A stretch of 64,000 nucleotides of DNA from NCBI GenBank assembly GCA_963921275.4, contig OZ001293.3:1664001-1728000 (forward strand), read 5' to 3'. The notes under the pieces are model-generated. The model worked only from the letters and a program-made list of their open reading frames with translations, was not told the DNA's origin and ran no database searches. Both the position numbers and the translations under genes were made by a program. Origin of the DNA: an uncultured Hormoscilla sp. Its GTDB lineage: Bacteria; Cyanobacteriota; Cyanobacteriia; Cyanobacteriales; Desertifilaceae. Below, in pieces: positions 21,488-31,718 of the stretch (position 1 is its first letter; the number at the start of each line of letters is the position of its first letter).

Positions 21488-23056
21488 CTAGGAAAACCGG
21501 GAATCAACGGTTGCAGGTCTTTTCTGTCCCGCAACTCGGCGTTTCTTGGACGATGTATCCGGCGATCGCTGGTAGCTTGCTGCCTCTCCATTTTCATCAG
21601 ATTCTGATTCTTGCGGCATAACTGGATTCAGATAAGCAAGTAGTTTACCTTTAGAAACAACACTAACTCTTTCAGGGGCTTTAACTCGCCAAGTATCAGG
21701 CAAACAGCTAAAACACACCCGCTTAAACCGCTGGTTTGAACTAACCGTTTCCTTCAACTCAGCCACCAAAAGGCTATCATCCCTAACCTGACTGACAACT
21801 CCTGGAGAGTGAGTGTTGACGATTACTTGACGAAGGGGATTGTCAAAACCAATCTCTTCTTCCACATCAGTTGCAATGTCTTGAAGTAGTTCGATCATCT
21901 TCGGGATGCGTTCGGGATGAATGCCGTTTTCCGGTTCTTCTAAGCACAAAACACCCTGTGCTTCTGAATCGAGTTCCAGCACTGCTAATGCCAGAAATCG
22001 CATGGTGCCATCCGATAATGCCCGCGCCGGATGGGATGTCCCGTCTCGATCGGTGACCATTAAGGTGAGGAGTTCGCGGCGATCGTCGCGGTCAATCCAT
22101 ACTTCATCTACATCCTCAATCAATTCTGCCAGACGATTAGCAACTTGAGCATAAACTCGTGCTTCTGCTGCCTCTACATTCTCTGATTGCCCATTAATTT
22201 GGTGATTTTTCGTATGACGTGCTAAATGATAGAGTGTTGAAGCTAGATGAGATCCGTCTGTCCCTAATTTTGTAGGAGCAATAAATTCGCTACTGTGACG
22301 CAAAGATGAAGGTTCGAGCTGAAGTAGGCGCCAGGATTGCATTTCCCGCCGCGCTAACAGCGCCGTAGGACTTTCGGCAGCATTCGTTACAGAAAGTACA
22401 GTCCGGGGCAGATTGACTGCTGACCTAGATAGAGCTCTGCCACTGCTACCACCGTCTTGATGGAGCTTAATGACTCTCTCTGTCCCCTCACCTCCAGTGG
22501 AAATAAAAGGGGCTCCTCTCCGTTCACCGTTTACTACGGACTTACGCCATGTTTTAGCTTTGTGAGGAAACAGTAAGTGCTTGGCAGCTTCACCGATGTT
22601 GATGTGAACTAATTCTTCTTTCAAGAGTTCCAGCGTTCCTAGGGACCGGAGACTATCATCTGCTTTGTAGGCTAGGATAACAGAGTATCTGAGAAAGGTA
22701 ATAGTAGCTTTTGCCTTTTGTCCGAGATCGTCTACTCCCTCATAAGGCACGATCATTTCTGCTTCAAAGGACATTTGCTCAGCATATCGATCGCCGACGC
22801 GGAGGAACAAGCTTCGGACATCACCGGTTTTACCGCTTTCATCCCGCACGGATAAAGCAGCTTCGATGAGAGACCGATCGGCCAAGGCACTCAAAAACCT
22901 AATAGCATCAAACAGATTAGATTTTCCCACCCCATTTGCCCCCGCTACACAGGTGAATGGTCCAAAGCGGACATCAACATCGACGAGGTTCTTAAAACCT
23001 GAAACTTTTAACCTGGTTAGCATAATCTTACTCTTGCGATTACATTTTTTCGCCAT
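21488..23056 (-). CDS. AAA_21/ABC-type ATPase
   Basis: GANGVGKS, LSDGT, LEEPENGIHP and NTHSP motifs. Confidence 0.9.
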   Translation of the reverse strand: MAKKCNRKSKIMLTRLKVSGFKNLVDVDVRFGPFTCVAGANGVGKSNLFDAIRFLSALADRSLIEAALSVRDESGKTGDVRSLFLRVGDRYAEQMSFEAEMIVPYEGVDDLGQKAKATITFLRYSVILAYKADDSLRSLGTLELLKEELVHINIGEAAKHLLFPHKAKTWRKSVVNGERRGAPFISTGGEGTERVIKLHQDGGSSGRALSRSAVNLPRTVLSVTNAAESPTALLARREMQSWRLLQLEPSSLRHSSEFIAPTKLGTDGSHLASTLYHLARHTKNHQINGQSENVEAAEARVYAQVANRLAELIEDVDEVWIDRDDRRELLTLMVTDRDGTSHPARALSDGTMRFLALAVLELDSEAQGVLCLEEPENGIHPERIPKMIELLQDIATDVEEEIGFDNPLRQVIVNTHSPGVVSQVRDDSLLVAELKETVSSNQRFKRVCFSCLPDTWRVKAPERVSVVSKGKLLAYLNPVMPQESESDENGEAASYQRSPDTSSKKRRVAGQKRPATVDSRFS

Positions 23057-23066
23057 TCCCCATTAA

Positions 23067-23867
23067 CTACCGCAGTCCTTTCTCGCGCAACCAAGCGTCC
23101 GCCCAAACTGCATTCACCTCTGATAGCGGTGGTTCTGGGTTTTTGCTGTAATCTATTACCATAGTGTAATCCGATAGGTCATATATCTCATTTAACAACC
23201 TCTGCAAATCTATAACTGGCTCCACATCTCCTGACTGCAAGGGTAATGGAAATGGGGGAATCACCTCTGGTAAGTTAAAGGCATATAAATCAGCCTGGGG
23301 ACGCCGAGAATCTCTACTCACCAAAATCCGATAATCTGAGTCAATATTATCGCCAAAAATTGGCATAGATTTGCCTCCACGCAGTAAATCTATTTCTACT
23401 AAATTTGTTGCACTCCCCAACACTCGCTGTCGCTTCCTGTGATAAGTATCCCATCCTTCACCCGATCGCTTATTTTTCGGAGACAAAATTTCCAGTGCCG
23501 TCACCACCTCACCTGTTTCCACATTTTTCACTGTTAAATACCCTTCTGAGATCGTCTCTGGCATAGGAGTTGTCACTGACACCGGCTGGGCTGGTGGTAA
23601 CAACACAGCCACCTGAGACGTAGAAGATTTGCTTGCCGTCCGATTTTTCCGGAACGGATCGCGTTTTACCGTCACATCAGGAATTCCCACAAGAAATGAC
23701 TGTTCCCCACTGATTTCATACACGCGCACTTCTAGGGCGACTCGATATTTAGGACGCAGTTGGGGGGACAAAAACCTAAAAATCTCACTAATCAGCAGAT
23801 GATGTAATTCTGGCCATACTTGAGGATGTTCTAAATATGGGTCCATACCCGGAAATGGAGATGGCAT
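23067..23867 (-). CDS. DUF4058 family protein
   Basis: MPSPFPGMDPYLE, EILSPKNK and VEIDLLRGG motifs. Confidence 0.88.
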   Translation of the reverse strand: MPSPFPGMDPYLEHPQVWPELHHLLISEIFRFLSPQLRPKYRVALEVRVYEISGEQSFLVGIPDVTVKRDPFRKNRTASKSSTSQVAVLLPPAQPVSVTTPMPETISEGYLTVKNVETGEVVTALEILSPKNKRSGEGWDTYHRKRQRVLGSATNLVEIDLLRGGKSMPIFGDNIDSDYRILVSRDSRRPQADLYAFNLPEVIPPFPLPLQSGDVEPVIDLQRLLNEIYDLSDYTMVIDYSKNPEPPLSEVNAVWADAWLREKGLR

Positions 23868-23958
23868 TGTTCTAACTCCAGATGATGTTTGCTCTTACTT
23901 GTAATCTACCATAATCTCTGGGTCTACTGCCAATTATATCTTGACCCAGCAACATCTC

Positions 23959-23990
23959 TAGGTTGGGTTTCGTGCCTCTACCCAACCTAC
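23959..23990. repeat. REP-like hairpin (TAGGTTGGGT...ACCCAACCTAC)
   Basis: Related copies at ~5484-5513, 40495-40577 and 49620-49700. Confidence 0.7.
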
Positions 23991-24134
23991 AACATTACTT
24001 AACACCCCGGGCGATCGGGAACCTACCAGCAGACTGATTTTAAAGTTATATTGCAAGATTTTAAGAAAAATTAAGAACTCGTTCCAAATATAGTCAGAGC
24101 TGTAACATGAAAAATAAAGATAGCGAGGAAGATC

Positions 24135-24443
24135 ATGGAAAAATTTAACAAATATAATTTCCGCTGCACCCTCACCTTTGGGGACATCTACGCTCAAATT
24201 GTCGTCTGGTTAATCGTGATCATGATCAGCTTGGCCTCCGCAATGGCATTGATGGGCACCACTCGTCCTGCATACGCATTAGCTGCCGTAGGAGTCATCC
24301 TGGTATTGTCTCTGCCCTTTTTGCTGTTTGCCTTCGTCACCACCTTACTCAATCACATCGAGTTAATACCCGTACAGGAAACTGCAACGGCAACCGCTGG
24401 TGAAACCATGCCCACAGGCAAACCGGCCCAAGCTACAAGCTAA
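24135..24443 (+). CDS. Conserved cyanobacterial small membrane protein
   Basis: CTLTFGDIYAQI motif, two TM segments, GAGG RBS. Confidence 0.8.
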   Translation: MEKFNKYNFRCTLTFGDIYAQIVVWLIVIMISLASAMALMGTTRPAYALAAVGVILVLSLPFLLFAFVTTLLNHIELIPVQETATATAGETMPTGKPAQATS

Positions 24444-24470
24444 TCGAGTTTTGCTGTCTCAAATCTCAAC

Positions 24471-24502
24471 AAATTCCCTGCCTGTGGGCAGGGAATTTTT
24501 TT
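24471..24502 (+). terminator. Intrinsic terminator
   Basis: AAATTCCCTGCC-TGTG-GGCAGGGAATTT hairpin followed by a T-run. Confidence 0.75.
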
Positions 24503-24549
24503 GGCGATCGCGATAGACTCAACAAAGAACAGGAGACACCAAACCCAAA

Positions 24550-26277
24550 ATGCTCCAACATGATGTGATTATCGTCGGCGGTGGACTAGCAGGATGTCGG
24601 GCCGCTGTAGAAATTGCCCATATCGATCCCAGCTTAAATGTGGCCATAGTTGCCAAAACCCACCCCATTCGTTCCCACTCGGTGGCGGCCCAGGGAGGTA
24701 TTGCCGCTAGTCTCAAAAATGTAGATTCTCATGACAGTTGGGAAGCCCATGCCTTTGATACGGTCAAAGGTTCCGACTATCTAGCAGACCAAGATGCCGT
24801 AGAAATATTAACACGAGAAGCTCCAGACGTCATCATCGATCTGGAACATATGGGAGTGTTATTCTCCCGCTTACCAGATGGCAGAATTGCCCAACGCCCC
24901 TTTGGCGGTCATAGCCACGATCGCACCTGCTACGCCGCCGATAAAACAGGTCACGCCATTCTCCACGAATTGGTTAACAACCTGCGGCGGAATGGAGTCC
25001 AGGTCTATGAAGAATGGTACGTGATGCGCCTGATTTTAGAAGCTGGTCAGGCTAAAGGCATTGTCATGTACCGCATTTTGGATGGCAAGCTAGAGGTAGT
25101 ACGGGCCAAAGCAGTCATGTTTGCCACAGGGGGCTATGGCCGAGTCTTCAATACCACTTCCAATGACTTTGCCTCCACTGGAGATGGTCTGGCCATAACC
25201 GCAGTTGCTGGCGTCCCCCTAGAAGATATGGAATTTGTCCAGTTTCATCCCACTGGATTGTATCCTGTCGGAGTGCTGATTTCTGAAGCAGTCCGGGGAG
25301 AAGGTGCCTATCTGATTAACTCCGAAGGCGATCGGTTTATGGCCAACTACGCTCCCAGCAAGATGGAACTAGCCCCCCGAGACATTACCTCCAGGGCGAT
25401 CGCTCGGGAACTTCGGGCCGGTCGCGGCATCGATCTTGAGGGCAATGCCGGTGGTCCCTTCGTCTATCTGGACTTGCGCCACATGGGACGGGAGAAAATC
25501 ATGTCTCGGGTGCCCTTCTGCTGGGAAGAAGCCCACCGACTAGCAGGGGTAGACGCCGTAGAACAACCCATTCCCGTGCGTCCCACAGCACATTACTCGA
25601 TGGGGGGCATCCCCGTCAATACCGACGGTCAGGTCCGCAGCAGCAATAGCAGTCTAGTGGATGCCTTCTTTGCCGCCGGTGAATCAGCCTGTGTCTCCGT
25701 ACATGGTGCCAATCGTCTCGGCAGTAATTCTCTGCTAGAATGTGTCGTTTACGGTAAACGGACCGGTACTTCTATAGCCAATTTTGTCCAAAACCGCAAG
25801 CTTCTCGAAGTAGACGAACAATTCTATTTAACAGAAGCCCGAAACCAAATTCAAGGTTTATTAGACCAGCAAGGGGAGTATCGAATTAACCAAGTTTGTC
25901 AAGCCTTTCAAGATTGCATGAGTCAGTATTGTGGCGTCTTTAGAACCGAAGAACTGATGCATGAGGGGTTAAACAAACTGCAACAGTTGCAACAGCAATT
26001 AAGCCAAATCTATTTAGATGATAAAAGTAGTCTTTGGAACACCGAAATCATCGAAGCCTTAGAACTACGCAGCATCATGATTGTCGGACAGATGATACTC
26101 ACATCAGCTATAAACCGACAAGAAAGTCGGGGGGCTCATTACCGTGAAGACTATCCCCAGCGAGACGACAGTAAGTTTGGACAGCATACAATGGCTTACT
26201 ATTCCCCCGCAGGCATAGAATTGAATTATCTACCCGTAACTATGACCATGTTTGAGCCCCAAGAACGGAAATATTAA
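24550..26277 (+). CDS. sdhA: Succinate dehydrogenase/fumarate reductase flavoprotein
   Basis: GGGLAG, SHSVAAQGG, QFHPT, HGANRLGSNSL and ESRGAH motifs. Confidence 0.95.
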   Translation: MLQHDVIIVGGGLAGCRAAVEIAHIDPSLNVAIVAKTHPIRSHSVAAQGGIAASLKNVDSHDSWEAHAFDTVKGSDYLADQDAVEILTREAPDVIIDLEHMGVLFSRLPDGRIAQRPFGGHSHDRTCYAADKTGHAILHELVNNLRRNGVQVYEEWYVMRLILEAGQAKGIVMYRILDGKLEVVRAKAVMFATGGYGRVFNTTSNDFASTGDGLAITAVAGVPLEDMEFVQFHPTGLYPVGVLISEAVRGEGAYLINSEGDRFMANYAPSKMELAPRDITSRAIARELRAGRGIDLEGNAGGPFVYLDLRHMGREKIMSRVPFCWEEAHRLAGVDAVEQPIPVRPTAHYSMGGIPVNTDGQVRSSNSSLVDAFFAAGESACVSVHGANRLGSNSLLECVVYGKRTGTSIANFVQNRKLLEVDEQFYLTEARNQIQGLLDQQGEYRINQVCQAFQDCMSQYCGVFRTEELMHEGLNKLQQLQQQLSQIYLDDKSSLWNTEIIEALELRSIMIVGQMILTSAINRQESRGAHYREDYPQRDDSKFGQHTMAYYSPAGIELNYLPVTMTMFEPQERKY

Positions 26278-26283
26278 AGTGAA

Positions 26284-26360
26284 TGGTCAGTTGTTAGTGG
26301 TCAGTTGTTAGTGGTCAGTTGTTAGTGGTCAGTTGTTAGAGGACAGTTGTTAGTGGTCAG
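26284..26360. repeat. 14-nt tandem repeat (TGGTCAGTTGTTAG)n
   Basis: About 5.5 copies between convergent genes. Confidence 0.9.
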
Positions 26361-26381
26361 CGTCACGGTACTGGCCACTGG

Positions 26382-27260
26382 TCACTGTTCGCTGGTTACT
26401 GCCGTTGGGGGATTATCATCCACTGCTAGCTGATTGATTTGCTCCTGATACTGGGCCGGTGCCAAGGAAGCCGCTTGAGAAAACAGAAGTTGAGCCTCAT
26501 CAGTTTTACCCTGAGTTTTGAGGACAATAGCCTTAGCTAGCACGGGTCGAAAATCATTGCGGTCCTCTTCTATGGCCTGATCGTAGACCGCGATCGCCTC
26601 TGGGTAGCGTTGGTCCGACGCATAAACCCATCCCAGCAGCAGTTTGATCGAGATAGTGTCCGCAGTTCCCGGTTGCAGCTGGTTCGCTTGGGTAGCCTGC
26701 TTGAGGCTATCTTCAAGCAACTCGATCGCCCCGTTAAAATCTCCAGCGGACAGCCGCAGGTTCACCAGACCTTGGAGAGCATTCATCTGGCCGGGATGAG
26801 CAGCCAACACCTGACGATAGGCATTGGATGCCCCCTGGCGATCGCCTATGTACTCCTGAGCCTGAGCCAGCAGCAGTCCGTAATTCGCCTCCTCGGGATG
26901 CAACTCGGCCAGTTTTGTCAAAGGCGCGATCGTCCCGGGAATATCAACCAACTCCAGGCGCACCTCTAGTAGACCCCGGAGGGCCGTCTGATTTTCCGGC
27001 TCTCGTTCTAGGACCAGTTCATAGCCACGGGCTTGAGATTCTAACTCTCCTCGCCGTCTGGGAGTGAGGGCGGGAGTTCCTGTCCCTGCTGCGGTCGTCT
27101 GGACTGACTGATTAGCTAGCTGTTTAGCCATCAAGGCATTACCAAACACCGGAATCATCGAAGACCCCACTAAGGCAGTAATTGCCACCACCAACATCAG
27201 ATAGACTATCCAGTTAATGCGCTTTTTGCTCACGCAATACCCCTTGAACTCTGATGTCAT
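26382..27260 (-). CDS. TPR-repeat protein with N-terminal TM segment
   Basis: TPR-like helices; DFRPVLAKAIV motif. Confidence 0.85.
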   Translation of the reverse strand: MTSEFKGYCVSKKRINWIVYLMLVVAITALVGSSMIPVFGNALMAKQLANQSVQTTAAGTGTPALTPRRRGELESQARGYELVLEREPENQTALRGLLEVRLELVDIPGTIAPLTKLAELHPEEANYGLLLAQAQEYIGDRQGASNAYRQVLAAHPGQMNALQGLVNLRLSAGDFNGAIELLEDSLKQATQANQLQPGTADTISIKLLLGWVYASDQRYPEAIAVYDQAIEEDRNDFRPVLAKAIVLKTQGKTDEAQLLFSQAASLAPAQYQEQINQLAVDDNPPTAVTSEQ

Positions 27261-27725
27261 TTTAGCTCCTGTACCTTCGGCAGTTACCCCTGTAGTTGAA
27301 AAATTGTCTAAATCTGCCGGATAACTCTGGCATCACTTGCATTCAGAAGATAATCCCACTCGTCGAGCCGTTGTTGAGCAGAGCGCGATCGGTAGTTCTT
27401 AGTTCTGCGTTGCACTTCGGACGGGATGATAGACATAGTTGCAATAGTTTTAAACCTAGACTACAAGCGACTTTCAGTAGCGTAGCCTGTGCAAAAAGAG
27501 TATCATCCCCAAAATGTGCAACGCCCTTAGTTCTTCGGGCTGTGTTGGTAGTTTGAATAATAATGCTCGAAATTCCCACAGCCAAAGGGTTTGAACTAAG
27601 TTTACAAAACTTTACACGCCAGAGTCAAACTGATGTCCGACTGCGAAGGTAAGTGAGCGTTCTCCCTCAAGAACGGTACAATAGGCAGACTGACGTAATC
27701 ATCCTGACCGCTTGAATTCAAGTCT

Positions 27726-28598
27726 ATGACTTCTGAGTCTTTATCCAAGGAAGAAAAATCTCGGGAATCTCAGCCAGCTGACGGTGGCCTCTTGGCCAAG
27801 GTCAGCCCGCCCGTGAAGGAAAAGCCAGCTCCACGGCATCCGGCACCGCCAAGACCTCGGCCACAACCGATTTCTCCTCCCAGCGAACCGAAGCAGTACC
27901 GAGCCATTGGCTTAGTCCGGGGTCGATATACCCCCATGCCGACACAATTCACCCAAGGCACCCTGACAGCCTCTGATGGCACTCAGATCAATGCAGTGCT
28001 ACTCGGTCGGATCATAAGTCTGTTGAGGAAGCACATGAATCTAGAGGAAGAACACCTGTGGGTGGTCTATCCCCGCACCCGAGATAAGGAACAAGATTTG
28101 CATACCCAAATTGTCGGAGTCTGGGAGCCAGAAACACTGGTAAAAAATAAGGTCATCGATAAAACCAAGATAGCCGATACCGCCCATTTTGAAGATGGCT
28201 ATTTTTCGATTCGGGGTGAGGTGGTCTATAGTTCCCAAGAAAAGGAGGAGGTAGTTGTCAAGCTTCATCAGGCCCCCCGCAAAAAAGAAGAGTGCCCCAA
28301 GTCGTTCAAGCTGAAGCTCAAGGGCGTGCTCACGGGCAAGGTTTTGAATAACTTCTGGGAATTTGATGTTCAGCGACAGGGGAATGACCTGGGAATTCAG
28401 TCGGGCACTGCTATTGCTGCTCTGGCCAGCAAGTTCAAGCAGAAAAATAATTTTTCCAAGAAGAAGGGCCCCGGCGGTTTCAAAAAGCCCAAAGGCTCTC
28501 CACGTTTACCCGATACTGACGAGTTACAATCATCTTCTGAGCCTCGCAAACCCATCCCTAAACCCTCCCGCTCCCGCAAGCAAAACACTCCCGAATAG
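27726..28598 (+). CDS. Conserved cyanobacterial hypothetical protein
   Basis: PSEPKQYRAIGLVRG and HLWVVYPRT motifs; Pro/Lys-rich termini. Confidence 0.8.
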   Translation: MTSESLSKEEKSRESQPADGGLLAKVSPPVKEKPAPRHPAPPRPRPQPISPPSEPKQYRAIGLVRGRYTPMPTQFTQGTLTASDGTQINAVLLGRIISLLRKHMNLEEEHLWVVYPRTRDKEQDLHTQIVGVWEPETLVKNKVIDKTKIADTAHFEDGYFSIRGEVVYSSQEKEEVVVKLHQAPRKKEECPKSFKLKLKGVLTGKVLNNFWEFDVQRQGNDLGIQSGTAIAALASKFKQKNNFSKKKGPGGFKKPKGSPRLPDTDELQSSSEPRKPIPKPSRSRKQNTPE

Positions 28599-28732
28599 TT
28601 AATTATGCCTGAAATGCGATCGGCCTGGGGCCTGGGCCATAAATAACAGATGGGGCAGCCAAAAATCTGCTGCCCCATCTGCTATGTGCGATCGCCACGC
28701 TGCCAGAGGCAAGCAGAGGCGCTAACCTCAAG

Positions 28733-29209
28733 CTACGCTGTCAATATAGAGAGTAGCTTTTGCTCTGTTAACTCTTCTGTTTCCGCCACCGACTCAAGGC
28801 TAGCAACCACGCTCTTTTCAATCCCTAAAATCTCCGCAGCTTTATAAACAGCTGCTTTTTCCTTTTCGTGGTATATTCCATCAGCGCGGCTCATCTTTAT
28901 AGCTTGGTACAAGATCGTGCGGCGAGCATTGAGGGAAAAATCAAACTTCACCTCAGCCAATTGCTCCTCAATGTTAACATTCTTCCAATCTATGTTACGG
29001 ATCGCTTCAATGTACTCTTTTGTTGCTCCCGTCAAAATTCATTCGTCAAGATACCACTGTAATTCCTCCTCTGCTAGCTCTCCATCCGCACCCGCGATCG
29101 CCAATAATGCCCCACTGTACTTCAGTCCAACTTCAACATCTACCGGTTTGTTGCCGTTATATTTCCGCTGGGCATATTTGCTCGGGTATAGTTTTTTGCT
29201 ACTGCTCAT
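28733..29209 (-). pseudogene. TerB-like protein with an in-frame TGA
   Basis: AIAGADGEL...WYLDE*ILTGAT...ADGIYHEKEK; stop at 29039-29041; GGAGG RBS before the ATG at 29209. Confidence 0.75.
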
Positions 29210-30430
29210 ATTTTCCTCCTTTTCTTCTTTGAAAATAGCCTTTCACTTAATCATACCAACTTCAGATGAGATTTTCAACCCCGCCTTGCCTCAAATAATC
29301 AGCGACGGCCAGCGCTAATTTTATATCTCACTTATCAACCCTCGTCTATCACTATACTACTATTAACATTTTGTCTAAAAAACTAAATTCGTACCGCAGG
29401 AGATTAACGACTTAAAGATAACATTAAATTACCTCCTGTAAATATTTCATAGTCAAATTTATCATTGGATATTTAATTTCTTGTTGTTGCGAGTGAATTA
29501 ATATCTACATATTTGTTAATTATCCCATATCTGTTGATAGGAAATATTCTTACCTCTCCTTTACTTACACGTAATAATTCTCAAACCGCCTGAAGATGAA
29601 AATCGTAATTAAACTTCTTGCTATATCGTGGTTCTGGGGTCTAAAAACTGTCCGGACTATTAAATTCGCCGATCTGTATGAATCTACCGGAAATGGATGG
29701 CCAGTAACGTTTTTAGTTGGGTGTGATGCTCTCCATGATCGCGCTCGTGGAATGGTTGGCAGGGTATTTAAGCCATAGCTTGGCCCTGCGATCGGATGCC
29801 TGGCACATGGTTGCAGATGCGGGCGCAATTTTGCTGGCGAAGAAGTGCGAGTTGGTTGACGGCTAATGTCGGCCGTCTAGATGCGATCGCCGCTAACCAC
29901 AGTGAAATCATCTCCATTAATCAGGGTCTCATCAATCCCCTGCAGGGTGGCCAGGGTTCCCCTTCAAAATTAATCCAGGTATCGAGGCCCTGAGAGACGA
30001 TCGCCAAATTGGCGGAACTCAAACCTTTTGTTAGCGCGATCGCCTGACGGCGCGGCGCGCAGCGCGATCGAGTCCGTGCCATCTTCAAAGTCTATGATAG
30101 TATCCCAGCCCATGCCCGTTCATGCCATTATTAGTAGGCGCCCTCGCAGCGCTCACTTTGGAAGGAACTGAGACCCAAACCACCGGTACTCCCTCGCATT
30201 TGAGAGAAGCTTCAGGTATCGACAAATCCGACAAGTCTGTAAAGCTTTGCCTAGTCACCGGTGGTTCCTTGTCTCCTCTGCAGGGCGATCGCCCTGCAGA
30301 GGAGCGTTACAATGGCCACAAGAGCGATAAAACCGCAACCCTTAGGCCTCCAAAGCTTTTGCAGAACAACCCCACATAGCATATCACAACTCTGGCCAAG
30401 GCAGGTTGGGGGTTGGGGGTGAAGACCTTG

Positions 30431-30720
30431 AATAAATCTATTCCGATCCAGAATAAATCTATTCCGACATATATAATATATATTATGACATATATATTAT
30501 ATTATGACATATATAATATATTATGACATATATAATATATTATGACATATATAATATATATTATGACATATATAATATATATTATGACCCAAAATAAGTC
30601 AATTTTAGTTCAAAATAGGCTTATTATTGGCTATAATAAGTCAATTTTATCTCATATTAAGCTTATTTTTGCCAAGAATACGTCAATTATCTCTCACATA
30701 AAGTATTTTTTTGGGCAAGC
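30431..30720. repeat. AT-rich ~21-nt periodic repeat array
   Basis: GAATAAATCTATTCCGA x2, then (GACATATATAATATATATTAT)-type units, then degenerate units. Confidence 0.8.
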
Positions 30721-30928
30721 TTACTCAATACCCCTAACCACTCGTGGCCTGAACTACCCTCCGTGGATCGACCAGCATGGTTAGAAGCCGGCTGTCAATG
30801 GCCTCTGAAATCACGATAAGATCCTGTCTGCAGAGCAAATTTTTCATTTTTTTGTCTATTCTACAAGAAAGGACTAGAGATAAAGAAAACAGGAGGCCAA
30901 AATTTTGGTACTTAATCCACGCGGAAAG

Positions 30929-31200
30929 TTAGGGGTTGGAGGTTGGGGGTTGGGGAGTGTTGCTGAGGTTGAGGTCGGTAGGAGATTCGGTAACATTGTT
31001 CACGTTAATAGTCAAGGTCTCCGAGTAACTGGCCCCAGTCGAGTCGGTAGTCTGGACGAATATCCTGTAAATCGACTGGGTCTCAAAGTCCAAAGAACTG
31101 TTAGTTAGCAGTTGGTCCCCTACTATGGTGAAGGCGTTGTTGCCGGAGACTAACTGGTAAGTAAAGGGATCTCCCAGGTTGGGGTCGGCCCAAGCCTGCC
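30929..31200 (-). pseudogene. Cadherin-like domain fragment
   Basis: FTYQLVSG, LDFETQSIY and TINVNNVTESPT motifs. Confidence 0.7.
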
Positions 31201-31413
31201 AGAAAGTCCCCACGAATACGACAATGCTGCTGTTGGTCGATCTGCTGCTTCCAGTATCAGGTAGTTTCTCCTGCTTTTTCCCAGAAAGTAGCCCAGTTGC
31301 ACCCCGCTGGCCCAGCACCTACTATCAAATAATCAAATTCTGTCCTTGAGTTCATGTATAATCTGTCTTTGACAATTATACTTTTAGCGGTCAGCTCTCA
31401 GAGCTAAGGCTGA

Positions 31414-31656
31414 TATAGCGTTTCTCAGATAGATGCGATCTAATATCTGAGAAATGAGGTACGCTAAATTGCATGAGCTGAGATGCATTCAAATTGCATA
31501 GTCCCAAATTGCCATTATGGCTGAAACTCTTATAGGTCGAGGGTTGTCTCTATTTTACCCTCAGCCCTAATATGCAGTTTAGAGGCGCGACAGCTTACAG
31601 CATAAGGGTTTCAACGTTTTACTCATATATCGCACGGGCGAAAGAGAAATGCTATA
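31414..31656. mobile_element. TA-flanked MITE containing a nested MITE (~31476-31597)
   Basis: Ends TATAGCGTTTCTC / GAGAAATGCTATA; same family as 43818-43936. Confidence 0.65.
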
Positions 31657-31718
31657 CTGTCCGCCAAAAGGCCAGTTTATGCCCAAGGTCAGTATAACAT
31701 AATCTCTTCTTATGTGGT

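Noticed and set aside
29565..30379. Short ORFs in the 29.5-30.4 kb interval
   Set aside because: They appear to be fragments of decayed genes plus an orphan MITE end (~29644-29661); no coherent product is supportable.
30431..30600. Possible CRISPR array, or the 80-aa ORF 30542-30784
   Set aside because: Pure tandem repeat without unique spacers; the ORF is a repeat-derived artefact.
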